Positions 25,615 to 39,008 of a stretch of DNA of 64,000 nt are shown here, piece after piece. The stretch lies in assembly GCA_002269645.1 (NCBI GenBank), contig NIVC01000612.1, positions 124,001-188,000 on the forward strand, read 5' to 3'. The translations under genes and the position numbers were made by a program. Source of the stretch: Macrostomum lignano. Lineage: Eukaryota. Every line of letters starts with the position of its first letter. Position 1 is the first letter of the stretch. The notes under the pieces are model-generated. The model searched no databases, had not been told where the DNA came from, and saw nothing but the letters and a program-made list of their open reading frames with translations.

Positions 25615-26379
25615 CTATAACTCGCGCTTGGCAGACTGACGCTAATATCTTGTTTGATTTTGCTTTTGCGTCTTGAGATTGCGGATAGAAAATTGTTCAT
25701 TCTCCAGCTAAGGCATTACATGTACAATCAGTAACATTTTCTCTATTAATGTTTCTTCTTTGCAAGATTTTACTCGTATTTGTGGTAATTTTCAGTTTTT
25801 AAAAAAACCTTTTGCAGTAAAACTTTTAATCCAAAATGAGGAGAGATGTAGTGTACGCTCTGCGCGGTAATAATGTACTTGGCTTGGTCGATGAACTAAC
25901 TCGTAGCAATACTCTTATTACGCAATGCTCTCGTGCCTATAAATATATTGAATTGAGCAATCGGCTCATTTAAGTGCATCGTTTCTCTCGCCAAACTAAA
26001 TAGCTAGTCTGAGTCATTACAATATGAAGTTTTGTAACCAACAAAGTAAATAATGTAACAAGTACAAGTTAAAGCAAAATACCTTCAAGTAATCACTAAT
26101 TCTATAAATTTTTAATCAAAAGACCTGTTCCCAAATCTCGAGTTTTTTAGGGTTAGGATTCTGGTCCCGCGGGAATTCAATTTTCCTTGGGATCCCGAGA
26201 TTTTGGGATTGGGATTGGGATCCCGTCCGACCTCTACTCTAGATAGATGAAGATCCTTGGACTAGATGCCACTTTTGCAAGCTTTTCTGTTGCTTGCATG
26301 GGACAGGTCATAGGTGGGTGTGGCCCTAAGTAAGGGCAAGGCTAAAGATACCTTTCTATTTGCCATAGTCCGGATGGTG

Positions 26380-26935
26380 TAATGTGGTACGCCGGAAGGA
26401 AAAAGGAGGATTCCCAAGTGGTACGCCAGTGGTACGCCAAAAGAAAGACGTGGGGGTCCCTTAGTGTATAACGTTGCGGCACTAAAAATTTCGACTTTGA
26501 AAACGGTAAAATATGGCGGACAAACTTTAACAATTATTAAAAAATAACAGATATAATCAGCGCTCAGAAATTTATTTACCAATAATACTAGGCTAAATTA
26601 TTTTATTAATATATTTATAAAATGATTAATCAAGTTATACAATGCAGGAAAAAATATATGCAATTTTTTACGTAAAATACATTGTCGTGTGATGTAGTCG
26701 TATCTTGTATGTCGTAATTTACGCATAATTACAAAAAGTTTTTACTCTGGCAACGATTTTTTTGCCTGGTGGTGCCAATGGTACGCTAAAAGTGGTACGC
26801 CAATTCAACTTCAGCTTGGTGGTACGCCAAAGGTGGTACGCCAAATGCTTTTTCGAATCGGTGGTACGCCAATGGTGGTACGCCAATTTTTCGGAAAACT
26901 CATTTGGTACGCCGGAAATCTCCGGCGTACCAGTC
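26380..26935. repeat. Dispersed GGTACGCC motif array ending in a 12-bp perfect hairpin
   Basis: About 10 copies of (GT)GGTACGCC; TGGTACGCCGGA-AATC-TCCGGCGTACCA at 26905-26932. Confidence 0.7.
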
Positions 26936-29316
26936 ACCTTCCGGAGTATGGTCTATTTGTAGCTTAAGTTCATAGGTTGCAAATTGCAATAGGGGCTTTG
27001 CGGCTTTAGCCTAGGGCCTATTGTAGCATTTTGCCCCCTAGCATAAGACAGTTAATAAAAAAGTAATCTATCACCAAACTTTTAAAAAATAATTAGTTTG
27101 TGCTAGGCCTAACCTAAGGCCTATTCCTAGTATGTGCATAGTGCATAGAAGTATATATATAGACCCTAAGACTAGGGGAATAAGATCAAGTAAGTAATAT
27201 AGATCATAGGCCTATTCATGGTGTTAGGGGCCTATATAATAATACAAAATGACTCATGAGTTCATAGGATGATAGGACTTTAGGAGTATATAGAACTACT
27301 CATGTTCTTATACAAGAGACTTAGGCCTAATATTGTGCTATTGTAAACATAAAAAATTGCCTATAATCTTCTAGCTAGGCCTAGGTAGGCCTAGTAAATC
27401 TACATAACATTCACATAATATTTAGGCCTAAAGTAAAAGACATCCAATACTAGGCCTACTGTCATTGACTCATTAGAATTTATGGTTAGACCAAGCATAC
27501 TGCATTGCATAGCAAATTAGCAGTGCATACTGGGATGATACTGCCTAGGCTAGGCCTACTCAAATATAGGCCTAATTCTAATTCGATGCCAAATACCAGA
27601 TGCCAGATGACTATAAATATAATGACAATGACAATTAGTATATCCGTAGGTAGGCTTGCGTACATATACATGGCAAGGACCTTGAAGGACGACTTAGTAC
27701 TACTTATGTCGTCCTTGATATGATACAAGGCGCGTGAAGGCGGTAGAAGTATAGTCCTTGGACGATAAATGACCATCTTCTTGTTAAACGTAACCCCGTA
27801 ACCAACAATTACTCTTAACTTAAAAATACGCCGTAGAAGGCTGAAACTAACGTTGATTACATTATTTGATCACCCTTTATTTAAAAAAAGTGAGTAGATT
27901 AAGTAACTACATGAATCATTAGTAAATTTGTTATTATTTCCCTTTAAAGGCTATAAAATATCAAAATGCGGCGTATTTTGTAGAATTCTGACCATACCAA
28001 GGACTATACAAACATCTATTAAATTAGCTTGCTACTATTTTACCCTCACTACCCCGGTAGCAATAATCAATACACACCGATATGGATTTTTGCACTTCTT
28101 ATGGATCTGCTGTCCTAGCTCCCAAACCTTATCTCCCCTATTGCTTTTAGGGAATTACCCACCTTTTTATTTCTTTTTCGTAGAATCTTAATGTACAATA
28201 TTCTTTTATCTGCTTTCCACCTAGCCAAGGACCTATATATATAATTGGTCCTTGATCTTAGCTAGCACATGCGCAAAAGCGCACACTGCCCAGCTCTTTC
28301 ACTGCGCAATTATCACAGCCTGCAATTATCATTTACTGCTGTAGCACAATTGTAGCATGGGAACACTCGATCAGTTTGCATGATCTGTGATCCCCGACTA
28401 GCCTTTCCCATTCCATTTAATTACTCGAGCAAATAATCATCTTCTATACTTCTCAACCTTGTTAAGTGACTAACTATAAATGCTCGCAAAACCCTTGCCA
28501 GAGTTGCTCGCTATACAGCAATGTTTCCTTCTTATTTCCTGCTGTTATTTCTACTTGTAGACATGGAGCATTTGGCAGACACTCCCACACTTTTTACCTG
28601 CGCACCCAACTGTCCATGCAATTCTTCCCATGTTTGTTTTCAACTCCCCGCCAATTTATTTCATTTTCTTCTGCTATTACTCTGAGTCTGACTGCTCACT
28701 ATTGTGTACATGTATGTTCCTCCCGAATTCTCTTTTAAACTCAACTGCACATACAGAGTGCTTAACTAGTAGAGTCGCACACCCTACTCGCGTGATCAGG
28801 CTGGCCCACATCCTCTCCATTTCTTCATTATTTCAGCAGTCCTGCCCCCCTCCCAATTTTTGTGCACCCTTCCTCTTCCCCTGTGACTCATGCTTCTCAT
28901 GCTTATCGCCTAAACACCACTATATGCTTCGAGCACCAACCCCACTTTTCTATATTTCAAAATAATTCATGTGTGTGACAATTAATTTATATCATCCCCT
29001 ATCTCCCCAAGCCTTAATCTTCCTGCAGCTGTTATGTAATCCCCCATCATAAATCATTTTCTTCGTTGTGCCCCACCCCAATTTCTCGGCTAATCGCAGC
29101 ACGTCTGGCAGGTGACGTCACCAGGTTTGCTTGGTGACATAGGGCAAAGACAAGTCACGGCTTTTAAATATCACGCATCATATGCGCCTCACGTGATCGC
29201 GTGGCACGTGATCTGAGGATGATCTTGTAGATAAGAGCTCGTTTTGAGCCCTGAGCTGTCAAAACCTGTCCTAACCTGTCTGAACCTGTCCACTGGACTT
29301 TCTCCTTTCTCCCACT

Positions 29317-29499
29317 CAGGGACTACTCAAACACCGGGACGGGAAACTAGGAGTTTTTCACGAGGCTGGTCTTTTAGCAGCTGACGAGGCTGGCTGGTTT
29401 ACTTTCATAGAGCGATGCGCTGTGTTACTTTGTTGTTAATGGTCATTTTCTACTGCTGCTAAAAAACCAGCCTCGTAAAAAATTCCTAAGTAGTCCCTG
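29317..29499. mobile_element. 183-bp hAT-type MITE
   Basis: TIR CAGGGACTACT plus inner IR AGG..TTTTT.ACGAGGCTGGT.TTTTAGCAGC; flanks CTCCCACT / CTGCCACT (7/8 TSD). Confidence 0.8.
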
Positions 29500-30699
29500 C
29501 TGCCACTCTCGTTTTACCCCGGCCCCTGACACCCGACCTCTTTCCTGACTCACTGCTTTTCCTCTGAAGGTGGCACTTCTTGATTTTACTCCGTCTCTCC
29601 CCTTTGCTAATTTACGAGTGTTTTGGCTGGGCTGATTGTCCGTGTGACTGCAGCCGCCACCGTGACCATCCCACGGACCACCGCGTCAAGCGCAGCAGCC
29701 CTGCCCGCCGGCCGCGTCTGTATTTTTTGTCTGTTGCGCTGCCCTTGGGTATAGTCAGCCCCGGTCTTCTCCCCCCATTGCTCACCATCTTCTAATCTTT
29801 AAATCATAGCTTATTAATTACATCTGTTAGGGCCAAGTTTAAGGGCCAGTAATTTAGGGCATTAGCTATATATTCAATTTACTATGAGTCGTGGTAGATG
29901 AAATATGAATAGTGAGTGCGCCTGTCGCAGGGCATGAAATCGAAGCTGAGGATCAGAGTGGAGGATCACCGAGTATGAGCCGAATTTAACCAATTATTAG
30001 TCGTGTAGCAGCAACAATACGAGCTACTTATAAAATAAGTCGCGTTAGGATGTGCACTGGGACCTGCAATTCCCCATCCCTGCTGCATCGAACCTTTCTA
30101 TAGGAGGAAAGACATTAAGATGACGTTATCTACTATCCATCCTTGGAATCCTGGGGCTTAGGAAGGAATTGCGTAGTCTAGGGTCGCTCATCAGCTGAAA
30201 GATCCCGCCTATGCAAGAGTCCTCATTTGCAGCACTGACTAGACTGTACTTGTAAGCCTCGCATTGAGTCACTTAACTTTAAGCTGCCGAATGATCAACA
30301 GAGCTGACCCGAACTTGCTGTCCAGATAATGGGATCTTGTTGGCCGCAACGCCAGCTACCGCACCATTCGGAGGCAGACAAAGTCTAGGGTACGAGGCCT
30401 GGCTGCTGTACCTCTCATCGTCAGAGCCCAGGGGGGTTTCACAGGTGTTTTCATACAGCCCGGGTTTACGCCATTCATTTTCTGATACTCACCCCATTGA
30501 CACGCCATTGTTCTCTCCTTTCACTCTATTTTTCTCGATAGTTTTACTCTCGTTTACTCTCGAACGGCATCATATCTATCAGTTCCTCAGAATTGCGTCA
30601 CTGCCTACCTGGATCTATCTTAATTTTCCACTTGTGACACGTGATGGCCCCATGCTTTTAGAAACAGGTCCGTGACGTCAGAATTAAGACCGGAGGCCA

Positions 30700-30703
<4 letters not shown>

Positions 30704-30745
<42 letters not shown>
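30704..30745. repeat. (GA)n microsatellite
   Basis: Direct reading. Confidence 0.95.
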
Positions 30746-30749
<4 letters not shown>

Positions 30750-31939
30750 TGTGACTTGGACTCGGATAGGACGCCATATGTCAGCTGAACGTCGGTTGTA
30801 ATGTAAAACTACATACTTTTAGACGCTGGATTGCTGTGCTGGTAACCTAACTGAACCCTACGGATTTGACCGACGACAGAGAGTACTGCTCGTCCTAACG
30901 CGCGGTCCACTTCAGCCATTTTACTGCTGCTTTTTGCAGTTGTCATTCTGACGTTTTGATCGACTTAAAAAAATACAAATTGAATCAGTTTGCAAAAATT
31001 ATTGGCTAAAAAATTTACCGCCTAAGCTTTAATAGAGTTGAATTTTGCACCATATGTATTTTGATTTATTGTAGGTCAAAATCGATCCGAAAAAATGGAT
31101 TAGCAAACCAGCTCACATCTGAGCACACCAGCTAACAAGTGCAACAACACCCTAGGCAGTCGCTGACATCAAGGCTGTGAGGTCGCTGGCAGCAGCGGGT
31201 CCTGCTGGCCCAACAGAAGCTGGCGACAATTTAGGCCCAATAAAATAAACTGGGGAGGTCAGCTTCATGGAAATGGGCAGAGAGGGCAAGTTCAAGTGCA
31301 TGTATAGCGATGAAGCTGCACGCAGATTCCCATGATTCCCACAAAGGCGCAGGCCAAGCAAGACTTGGGATTGGAAGATGGGGAAGCCTATCCAAGAACA
31401 TGCATCACGTGACCACTGAGCAGACCATAAAACCGCCGCATAGGCGACCTGTGATGTCATCATACCGATTGGAGTTTGGGGAGCAGCGCTATCAAAGCAT
31501 GCAAAAAAACAAAAAAAACAAAAAAAAATTGGGCATCAAATTGATTAAACAAATAATTACAAAAATCTTGGATAAGCAAGGAGTAAGCGTGAGGAAAAAC
31601 AAGCAAAGGTTTGGGTTGAGCTATTTTTTTAGTCAAAAGATGTACCGCCACGGAAAAATTTCTGATCGAACAGTGCAAGTTCGAAGAAAATCGGTTCAGC
31701 CATTTTGCTAAAATCGATCGCTACCTAGAAAGATAGATAGATACCTACCGACAGACCATTTTTAGTATATGGAAGATTCGCTCTCACTACCACTAAATAA
31801 ACATTGTTTTGTGTGCAGATTCCACGTCATTAAATATTTCCTCGTTGCTCCGTGCATCTGCAGTCGCGTGATTTGACGCCAGTTTTTATGGCAGTCTGAA
31901 CGAGTCTTAAGAACTTTACACGCTTTGGTGGGTCCAGGA

Positions 31940-32945
<1,006 letters not shown>

Positions 32946-34130
32946 GGTCCAGGGTCATGTTAGAGGTGATCGTTACGCGCACGTGGGGTCTCATCCTAAG
33001 GTCTTAAGATCGGAAGAATTTGTTTGGCAATATTTAACATGACAAAACATAACATATAACATTAACATAACATAACAAAACATAACATAACACATTAACA
33101 AGCAGAGGAGAAAATCGTGAATCCAGGGTGACAGGGTGACAGGGTGACAATTATATGTTAAAGTTCGATAAGGCAAGGCTTATTTTTAGGAAACTTAACT
33201 GGGGTCAGAAGTCTCACCAAGAATGACAGAATTCAATGTGCATAGGTAACAGCGAACTAAGATACCCATAAATTTAAATATCATCTTTAATTTACATTTA
33301 ATTCACTGGGAATTAGCAATTTGATTCCATTAACTAGCTACACAAACACAATGCGCAGGAAGACAAATTCAAATTCATGAAATTAGAAATATTATTAAGG
33401 TTTACAATAAAACAGCAAATTAGAAAAAAACTGGGTTTGAAATAGCTAGTATCAAATAATTCTTCGTAGATTTCGACAGTTCTCAATAAAAAAATCAAGA
33501 CAGAGGAAAAGTTGATCGATGAGGGATAATATGCGCTATAATGCTGGATAGCTAAGTTACAAAAATTAACAATATTCCACCCCACTTTTGAATACTCTGC
33601 AACATTATTTAGCAACATAATCCATTGAACTATTCACAACCGGGATTTGCAATGCCATTAAAATAATTAAAATAAAATAATAATTTAGTTGCAACTTTTG
33701 GTGAATTGAACACGAACAGTATAAGCACCGCCAATTAAGATCAGCATTTAAAAATCCTATTTAGCAGCATTTGTACAGAAACGTCAATCAGCCCTCTTGC
33801 ACAGAACCGACTTCATTACCTCTATTATGAAATGCCATGCCTATAGTAGCTACGAGCTAACAAATATTTACTATAGCGGCTGGCGTCATATGGTGGTTTA
33901 ACCATTTAACAATAATTTAAGTTTTCTTACAATTTTACGAGAATATTCGCAATTTTACCACTTGTATTTCATTCCTAACTATAAAATGCTTCAATTCAAA
34001 CTACTTGTAGTTATCTTCACTTACGGTTTTAAGCTTACTTTAAGCTAGCAACATAAACAACCAACCAAACATTACCAACAGAAACCTCCAGTGAAAAATA
34101 CAGTCAGTTGGTTTGCCTTTAGCCTCAAAA

Positions 34131-37100
34131 TTACCTTCTTAACTTAAAAATGTTGGCTATTGCGTCAAAAAAGACAACACGATTTGTGCGACCAGAACTT
34201 GACAGCCGATCGAAAACCGGCCTGCTCTGAAATTGTTCGCAGATTGATAAAACTGACCGACTTGAACTATCTCTGTCCGTGAGACAGTCTGGTCCGAGCT
34301 CGTTCACCAGCCACTCGAGTGCTGAGCTGCTCACAGCATTGAAAGCAGCACAGTGCACTGCAGTCTTGTTTTGCCTTCCTCTCAGCTTGAAACACTCGAC
34401 TCCATTCATCTTCTCTTTGATGAACTGCATTGATTCCGCCTTCTGGACCTCAGCCGCAAGGTGGATGACTGTGTCATTGTTAGCATCTCTGTCAGTGAGA
34501 CAGTCTGATCCGAGCTCGTTCACCAGCCACTCGAGTGCTGAGCTGCTCACAGCATTGATAGCAGCACAGTGCACTACAGTCATGTTTTGCATTCCTCTCA
34601 GCTTGAAACACTCGACTCCATTCATCTTCTCTTTGATGAACTGCATTGATTCCGCCTTCTGGAACGCAGCCGCAAGGTGGATGGCTGTTTCATTGATTGC
34701 ATCTCTGTCAGTGAGACAGTCTGGTCCAAGCTCGTTCACCAGCCACTCGAGTGCTGAGCTGCTCACAGCATTGAAAGCAGCACAGTGCACTGCAGTCCTG
34801 TTGTTCTATCCTCTCAGCTTGAAACACTCGACTCCATTCATCTTCTCTTTGATGAACTGCATTGATTCCGCCTTCTGGGATATGGCCGCAATGTGGATGA
34901 CTGTGTCATTGTTTGCATCTCTGCTAGTGAGACAGTCTGGTCCGAGCTCGTTCACCAGCCACTCGAGTGCTGAGCTGCTCACAGCATTGCAAGCAGCCCA
35001 GTGCACTGCAGTCCTGTTGTTCATTCCTCTCAGCTTGAAACACTCGACTCCATTCATCTTCTCTTTGATGAACTGCATTGATTCCGCCTTCTGGAACTCA
35101 GCCGCAATGTGAATGACTGTGCTATTGTTTGCACTTCTGTCAGTGAGACAGTCTGGTCCGAGCTCGTTCACCAGCCACTCGAGTGCTGAGCTGCTCACAG
35201 TATTGATAGCAGCACAGTGCACTGCAGTCATGTTTCGCCTTCCTCTCAGCTTGAAACACTCGACTCCATTCATCTTCTCTTTGATGAACTGCATTGATTC
35301 CGCCTTCTGGAACTCAGCCGCAGTGTGGATGACTGTGTCATTGTCTGCATCTCTGTCAGTGAGACAGTCTGGTCCGAGCTCGTTCACCAGCCACTCGAGT
35401 GGTGAGCTGCTCACAGCATTGAAAGCTGCACAGTGCACTGCAGTCTGGTTTTGCCTTCCTCTCAGCTTGAAACACTCGACTCCATTCATCTTCTCTTTGA
35501 TGAACTGCATTGATTCCGCCTTCTGGAACTCAGCCGCAGTGTGGATGACTGTGTTATTGTTTGCATCTCTGTCAGTGAGACAGTCTGGTCCGAGCTCGTT
35601 CACCAGCCACTCGAGTGCTGAGCTGCTCACAGCATTGAAAGCAGCACAGTGCACTGCAGTCCTGTTTAGAATTCCTCTCAGCTTGAAACACTCGACTCCA
35701 TTCATCTTCTCTTTGATGAACTGCATTGATTCCGCCTTCTGGAACTGAGCCGCAATGTGGATGACTGTGTCATTGCTTGCATCTCTGTCAGCGAGACAGT
35801 CTGGTCCGAGCTCGTTCACCAGCCACTCGAGTGCTGAGCTGCTCACAGCATTGAAAGCAGCACAGTGCACTGCAGTCTTGTTTTGCCTTCCTCTCAGCTT
35901 GAAACACTCGACTCCATTCATCTTCTCTTTGATGAACTGCATTGATTCCGCCTTCTGGAACTGAGCCGCAATGTGGATGACTGTGTCATTGTCTGCATCT
36001 CTGTCAGTGAGACAGTCTGGTCCGAGCTCGTTCACCAGCCACTCGAGTGCTGAGCTGCTCACAGCATTGAAAGCAGCAGAGTGCACTGCAGTCCTGTTTA
36101 GAATTCCACTCATCTTGAAACACTCGACTCCATTCATCTTCTCTTTGATGAACTGCATTGATTCCGCCTTCTGGAACGCAGCCGCAATGTGGATGACTGT
36201 GTCATTGCTTGCATCTCTGTCAGTGAGACAGTCTGATCCGAGCTCGTTCACCAGCCACTCGAGTGCTGAGCTGCTCACAGCATTGAAAGCAGCACAGTGC
36301 ACTGCAGTCCTGTTTAGAATTCCTCTCAGCTTGAAACACTCGACTCCATTCATCTTCTCTTTGATGAACTGCATTGATTCCGCCTTCTGGAACTGAGCCG
36401 CAATGTGAATGACTGTGCTATTGTTTGCATCTCTGTCAGTGAGACAGTCTGGTCCGAGCTCGTTAACTAGCCACTCGAGTGCTGAGCTGCTCACAGCATT
36501 GATAGCAGCACAGTGCACTGCAGTCACGTCTTGCCTTCCTCTCAGCTTGAAACACTCGACTCCATTCATCTTCTCTTTGATGAACTGCATTGATTCCGCC
36601 TTCTGGAACTCAGCGGCAGTGTGGATGACTGTGTCATTTTTTGCATCTCTGTCAGTGAGACAGTCTGGTCCGAGCTCGTTAACTAGCCACTCGAGTGCTG
36701 AGCTGCTCACAGCATTGAAAGCAGCACAGTGCACTGCAGTCTTGTTTTGCCTTTCTCTCAGCTTGAAACACTCGACTCCATTCATCTTCTCTTTGATGAA
36801 CTGCATTGATTCCGCCTTCTGGAACTGAGCCGCAATGTGAATGACTGTGCTATTGTTTGCATCTCTGTCAGTGAGACAGTCTGGTCCGAGCTCGTTAACT
36901 AGCCACTCGAGTGCTGAGCTGCTCACAGCATTGATAGCAGCACAGTGCACTGCAGTCACGTCTTGCCTTCCTCTCAGCTTGAAACACTCGACTCCATTCA
37001 TCTTCTCTTTGATGAACTGCATTGATTCCGCCTTCTGGAACTCAGCGGCAGTGTGGATGACTGTGTCATTTTTTGCATCTCTGTCAGTGAGACAGTCTGG

Positions 37101-38425
37101 TCCGAGCTCGTTAACTAGCCACTCGAGTGCTGAGCTGCTCACAGCATTGAAAGCAGCACAGTGCACTGCAGTCCTGTTGTTCCATCCTCTCAGCTTGAAA
37201 CACTCGACTCCATTCATCTTCTCTTTGATAAACTGCATTGATTCCGCCTTCTGGAACTGAGCCGCAATGTGGATGACTGTGCTATTGTTTGCATCTCTGT
37301 CAGTGAGACAGTCTGGTCCGAGCTCGTTAACTAGCCACTCGAGTGCTGAGCTGCTCACAGCATTGAAAGCAGCACAGTGCACTGCAGTCATGTTTTGCCT
37401 TCCTCTCAGCTTGAAACACTCGACTCCATTCATCTTCTCTTTGATGAACTGCATTGATTCCGCCTTCTGGGATATGGCCGCAATGTGGATGACTGTGTCA
37501 TTGTTTGCATCTCTGCTAGTGAAACAGTTTGTCCGAGCTCGTTCACCAGCCACTCGAGTGCTGAGCTGCTCACAGCATTGCAAGCAGCCCAGTGCACTGC
37601 AGTCCTGTTGTTCCATCCTCTCAGCTTGAAACACTCGACTCCATTCATCTTCTCTTTGATGAACTGCATTGATTCCGCCTTCTGGAACTCAGCGGCAGTG
37701 TGGATGACTGTGTCATTTTTTGCATTTCTGTCAGTGAGACAGTCTGATCCGAGCTCGTTAACTAGCCACTCGAGTGCTGAGCTGCTCACAGTATTGATAG
37801 CAGCATAGTGCACTGCAGTCCTGTTGTTCCATCCTCTCAGCTTGAAACACTCGACTCCATTCATCTTCTCTTTGATGAACTGCATTGATTCCGCCTTCTG
37901 GAACTCAGCCGCAGTGTGGATGACTGTGTCATTGTTTGCATCTCTGTCAGTGAGACAGTCCGCTTCGAGTTCGAACATCAGCCATTGGAATGTCGATCCA
38001 TGATCTGTGAGATTCTCAGCTGCCTTATGCATCACTGTTTTATGCCTGCTATCTCTTGCTTCGAATGGGTTCCAGTCCGCTTCTATTGCCTGCAGCTTCT
38101 GTTTCAGGAACTCCATCGTCTCCGCAGTCTGACTCTTCGCTGCCAGGTGAGTCACCGAGTCGCCATCGCTATCAACCAGCCGAAATATGTCGACCCCGTG
38201 CCCCATCTCCAGTAATCGTAGAACCGGCAGTCCGTCTCTGTCCCGAGCTGCAGCAAACATGACGCCTTTGGCGAAGTCTTCTCCAGGTCCGACGATGTTC
38301 TCGGACACCTGGAACAGCAGATCATCAGTCAGCCGTTCGTCTCCGGCTGCTACCGCCTGCTTGATCTGCCTATAGAGATGCTGGGAGGCCTCGTATTCGC
38401 TGGACTCGCTGGGACTCAAAGCTCT
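34131..38425 (-). pseudogene. Ankyrin-array gene copy 1: N-terminal cap plus ~17 units of 216 bp (~34 ANK); 1-bp deletion near 37530 and in-frame TAG at 34806-34808
   Basis: Units 'DAxxxTVIHxAAxxQKAESMQFIKEKMNGVECFKLR' and 'GxxxxTAVHxAAxNxVSSSALEWLVNELGPDCLTDR' match the ANK consensus. Acceptor TTTCAG at 38426. Lesions could be assembly errors. Confidence 0.85.
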
Positions 38426-38459
38426 CTGAAATCGGATTAGGCAGATGGTTATAATTAGT

Positions 38460-39008
38460 ATAGGGTAGTTAAAGGCCTATGACATTGGCCGTGAAACTTA
38501 AGGACATATAGGTAAATTGCGAAGGGCAGAGCAGGGACTACTCAATAGGACTACTCAGAGTAGTCCCTGGGGCAGAGCAGAAACATTTCCGCTCGGTTCG
38601 GTCGTGAGTGTCGTGCTATGTGACTGCAAAGTGGCAGAGCAGTTGTTTTCCGCTATCATGTTGATGGGCTGCCGTGTCATCACCTGGCAGCCTCTCCGAC
38701 TTTTTCGACATGATCTTTGTTGGTAAAGCGTGATGTATGAGAAAGCAGCGTTTCCGTTTGTCCGTTGCTCAACTTGGTGGTGCCGCTATCTACACTTCCT
38801 ATCAACGACGTCTACGAGTACTCTCTGCTTCGGCGGGGTGTGTGCAGAAACTAGCAGAATGCGCGAGAGACAGACGGTGTGTTTGTCTAGGCCGATGATA
38901 TCGCCCTGCTGTCCTTTAACCTCTACGCGACGGGTGGTGCTTGGCATCACCCTTGTTGCCAACGGCTGTGCCGAAATCGGGACATAGACTGTTTGACAAT
39001 CGCTACAG
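38460..39008 (+). mobile_element. Truncated 5' part of a Harbinger/PIF-like element, paralog of 63270-63750
   Basis: High identity to 63270-63750, which runs into a Harbinger DDE ORF. Confidence 0.6.
38532..38569. mobile_element. 38-bp minimal hAT-type insertion
   Basis: 12-bp TIR CAGGGACTACTC/GAGTAGTCCCTG, perfect 8-bp TSD GGGCAGAG; the paralog near 63331 has a single GGGCAGAG (empty site). Confidence 0.92.

Larger units (their letters stand above)
21349..26021 (+). mobile_element. Full-length Ty3/Gypsy LTR retrotransposon, Mag-like
   Basis: LTRs 21349-21528 and 25847-26021 (TG..CA; one SNP and one 5-bp indel seen), 5-bp TSD ATATG, PBS-like TGGCG at 21529, PPT before the 3' LTR, domain order gag-PR-RT-RH-INT. 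Confidence 0.96.
21160..26236. mobile_element. Non-autonomous hAT element (~400 bp net) interrupted by an LTR retrotransposon
   Basis: TIR TAGAGGTCGGA(T/C)GGGA at 21160 and 26221-26236; 8-bp TSD CTCTAGAT at 21152-21159 and 26237-26244; GGGATC subterminal repeats. Confidence 0.9.

Noticed and set aside
30120-30260. Possible hammerhead ribozyme (minus-strand CTGATGAG at ~30187)
   Set aside because: No GAAA after a stem II, and no compatible stems I and III found by eye.
28230-30700. Possible LTR or solo-LTR in the GC-balanced non-coding block
   Set aside because: No matching LTR pair, TG..CA termini with TSD, or coding remnant could be established; left unannotated apart from the MITE at 29317.
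34279-37808. Long plus-strand ORFs antisense to ankyrin copy 1 (and 60993-62714 for copy 2)
   Set aside because: Shadow frames of a repeated unit. They break wherever the sense strand has CAG-TTC (antisense TGA) and show no independent domain.
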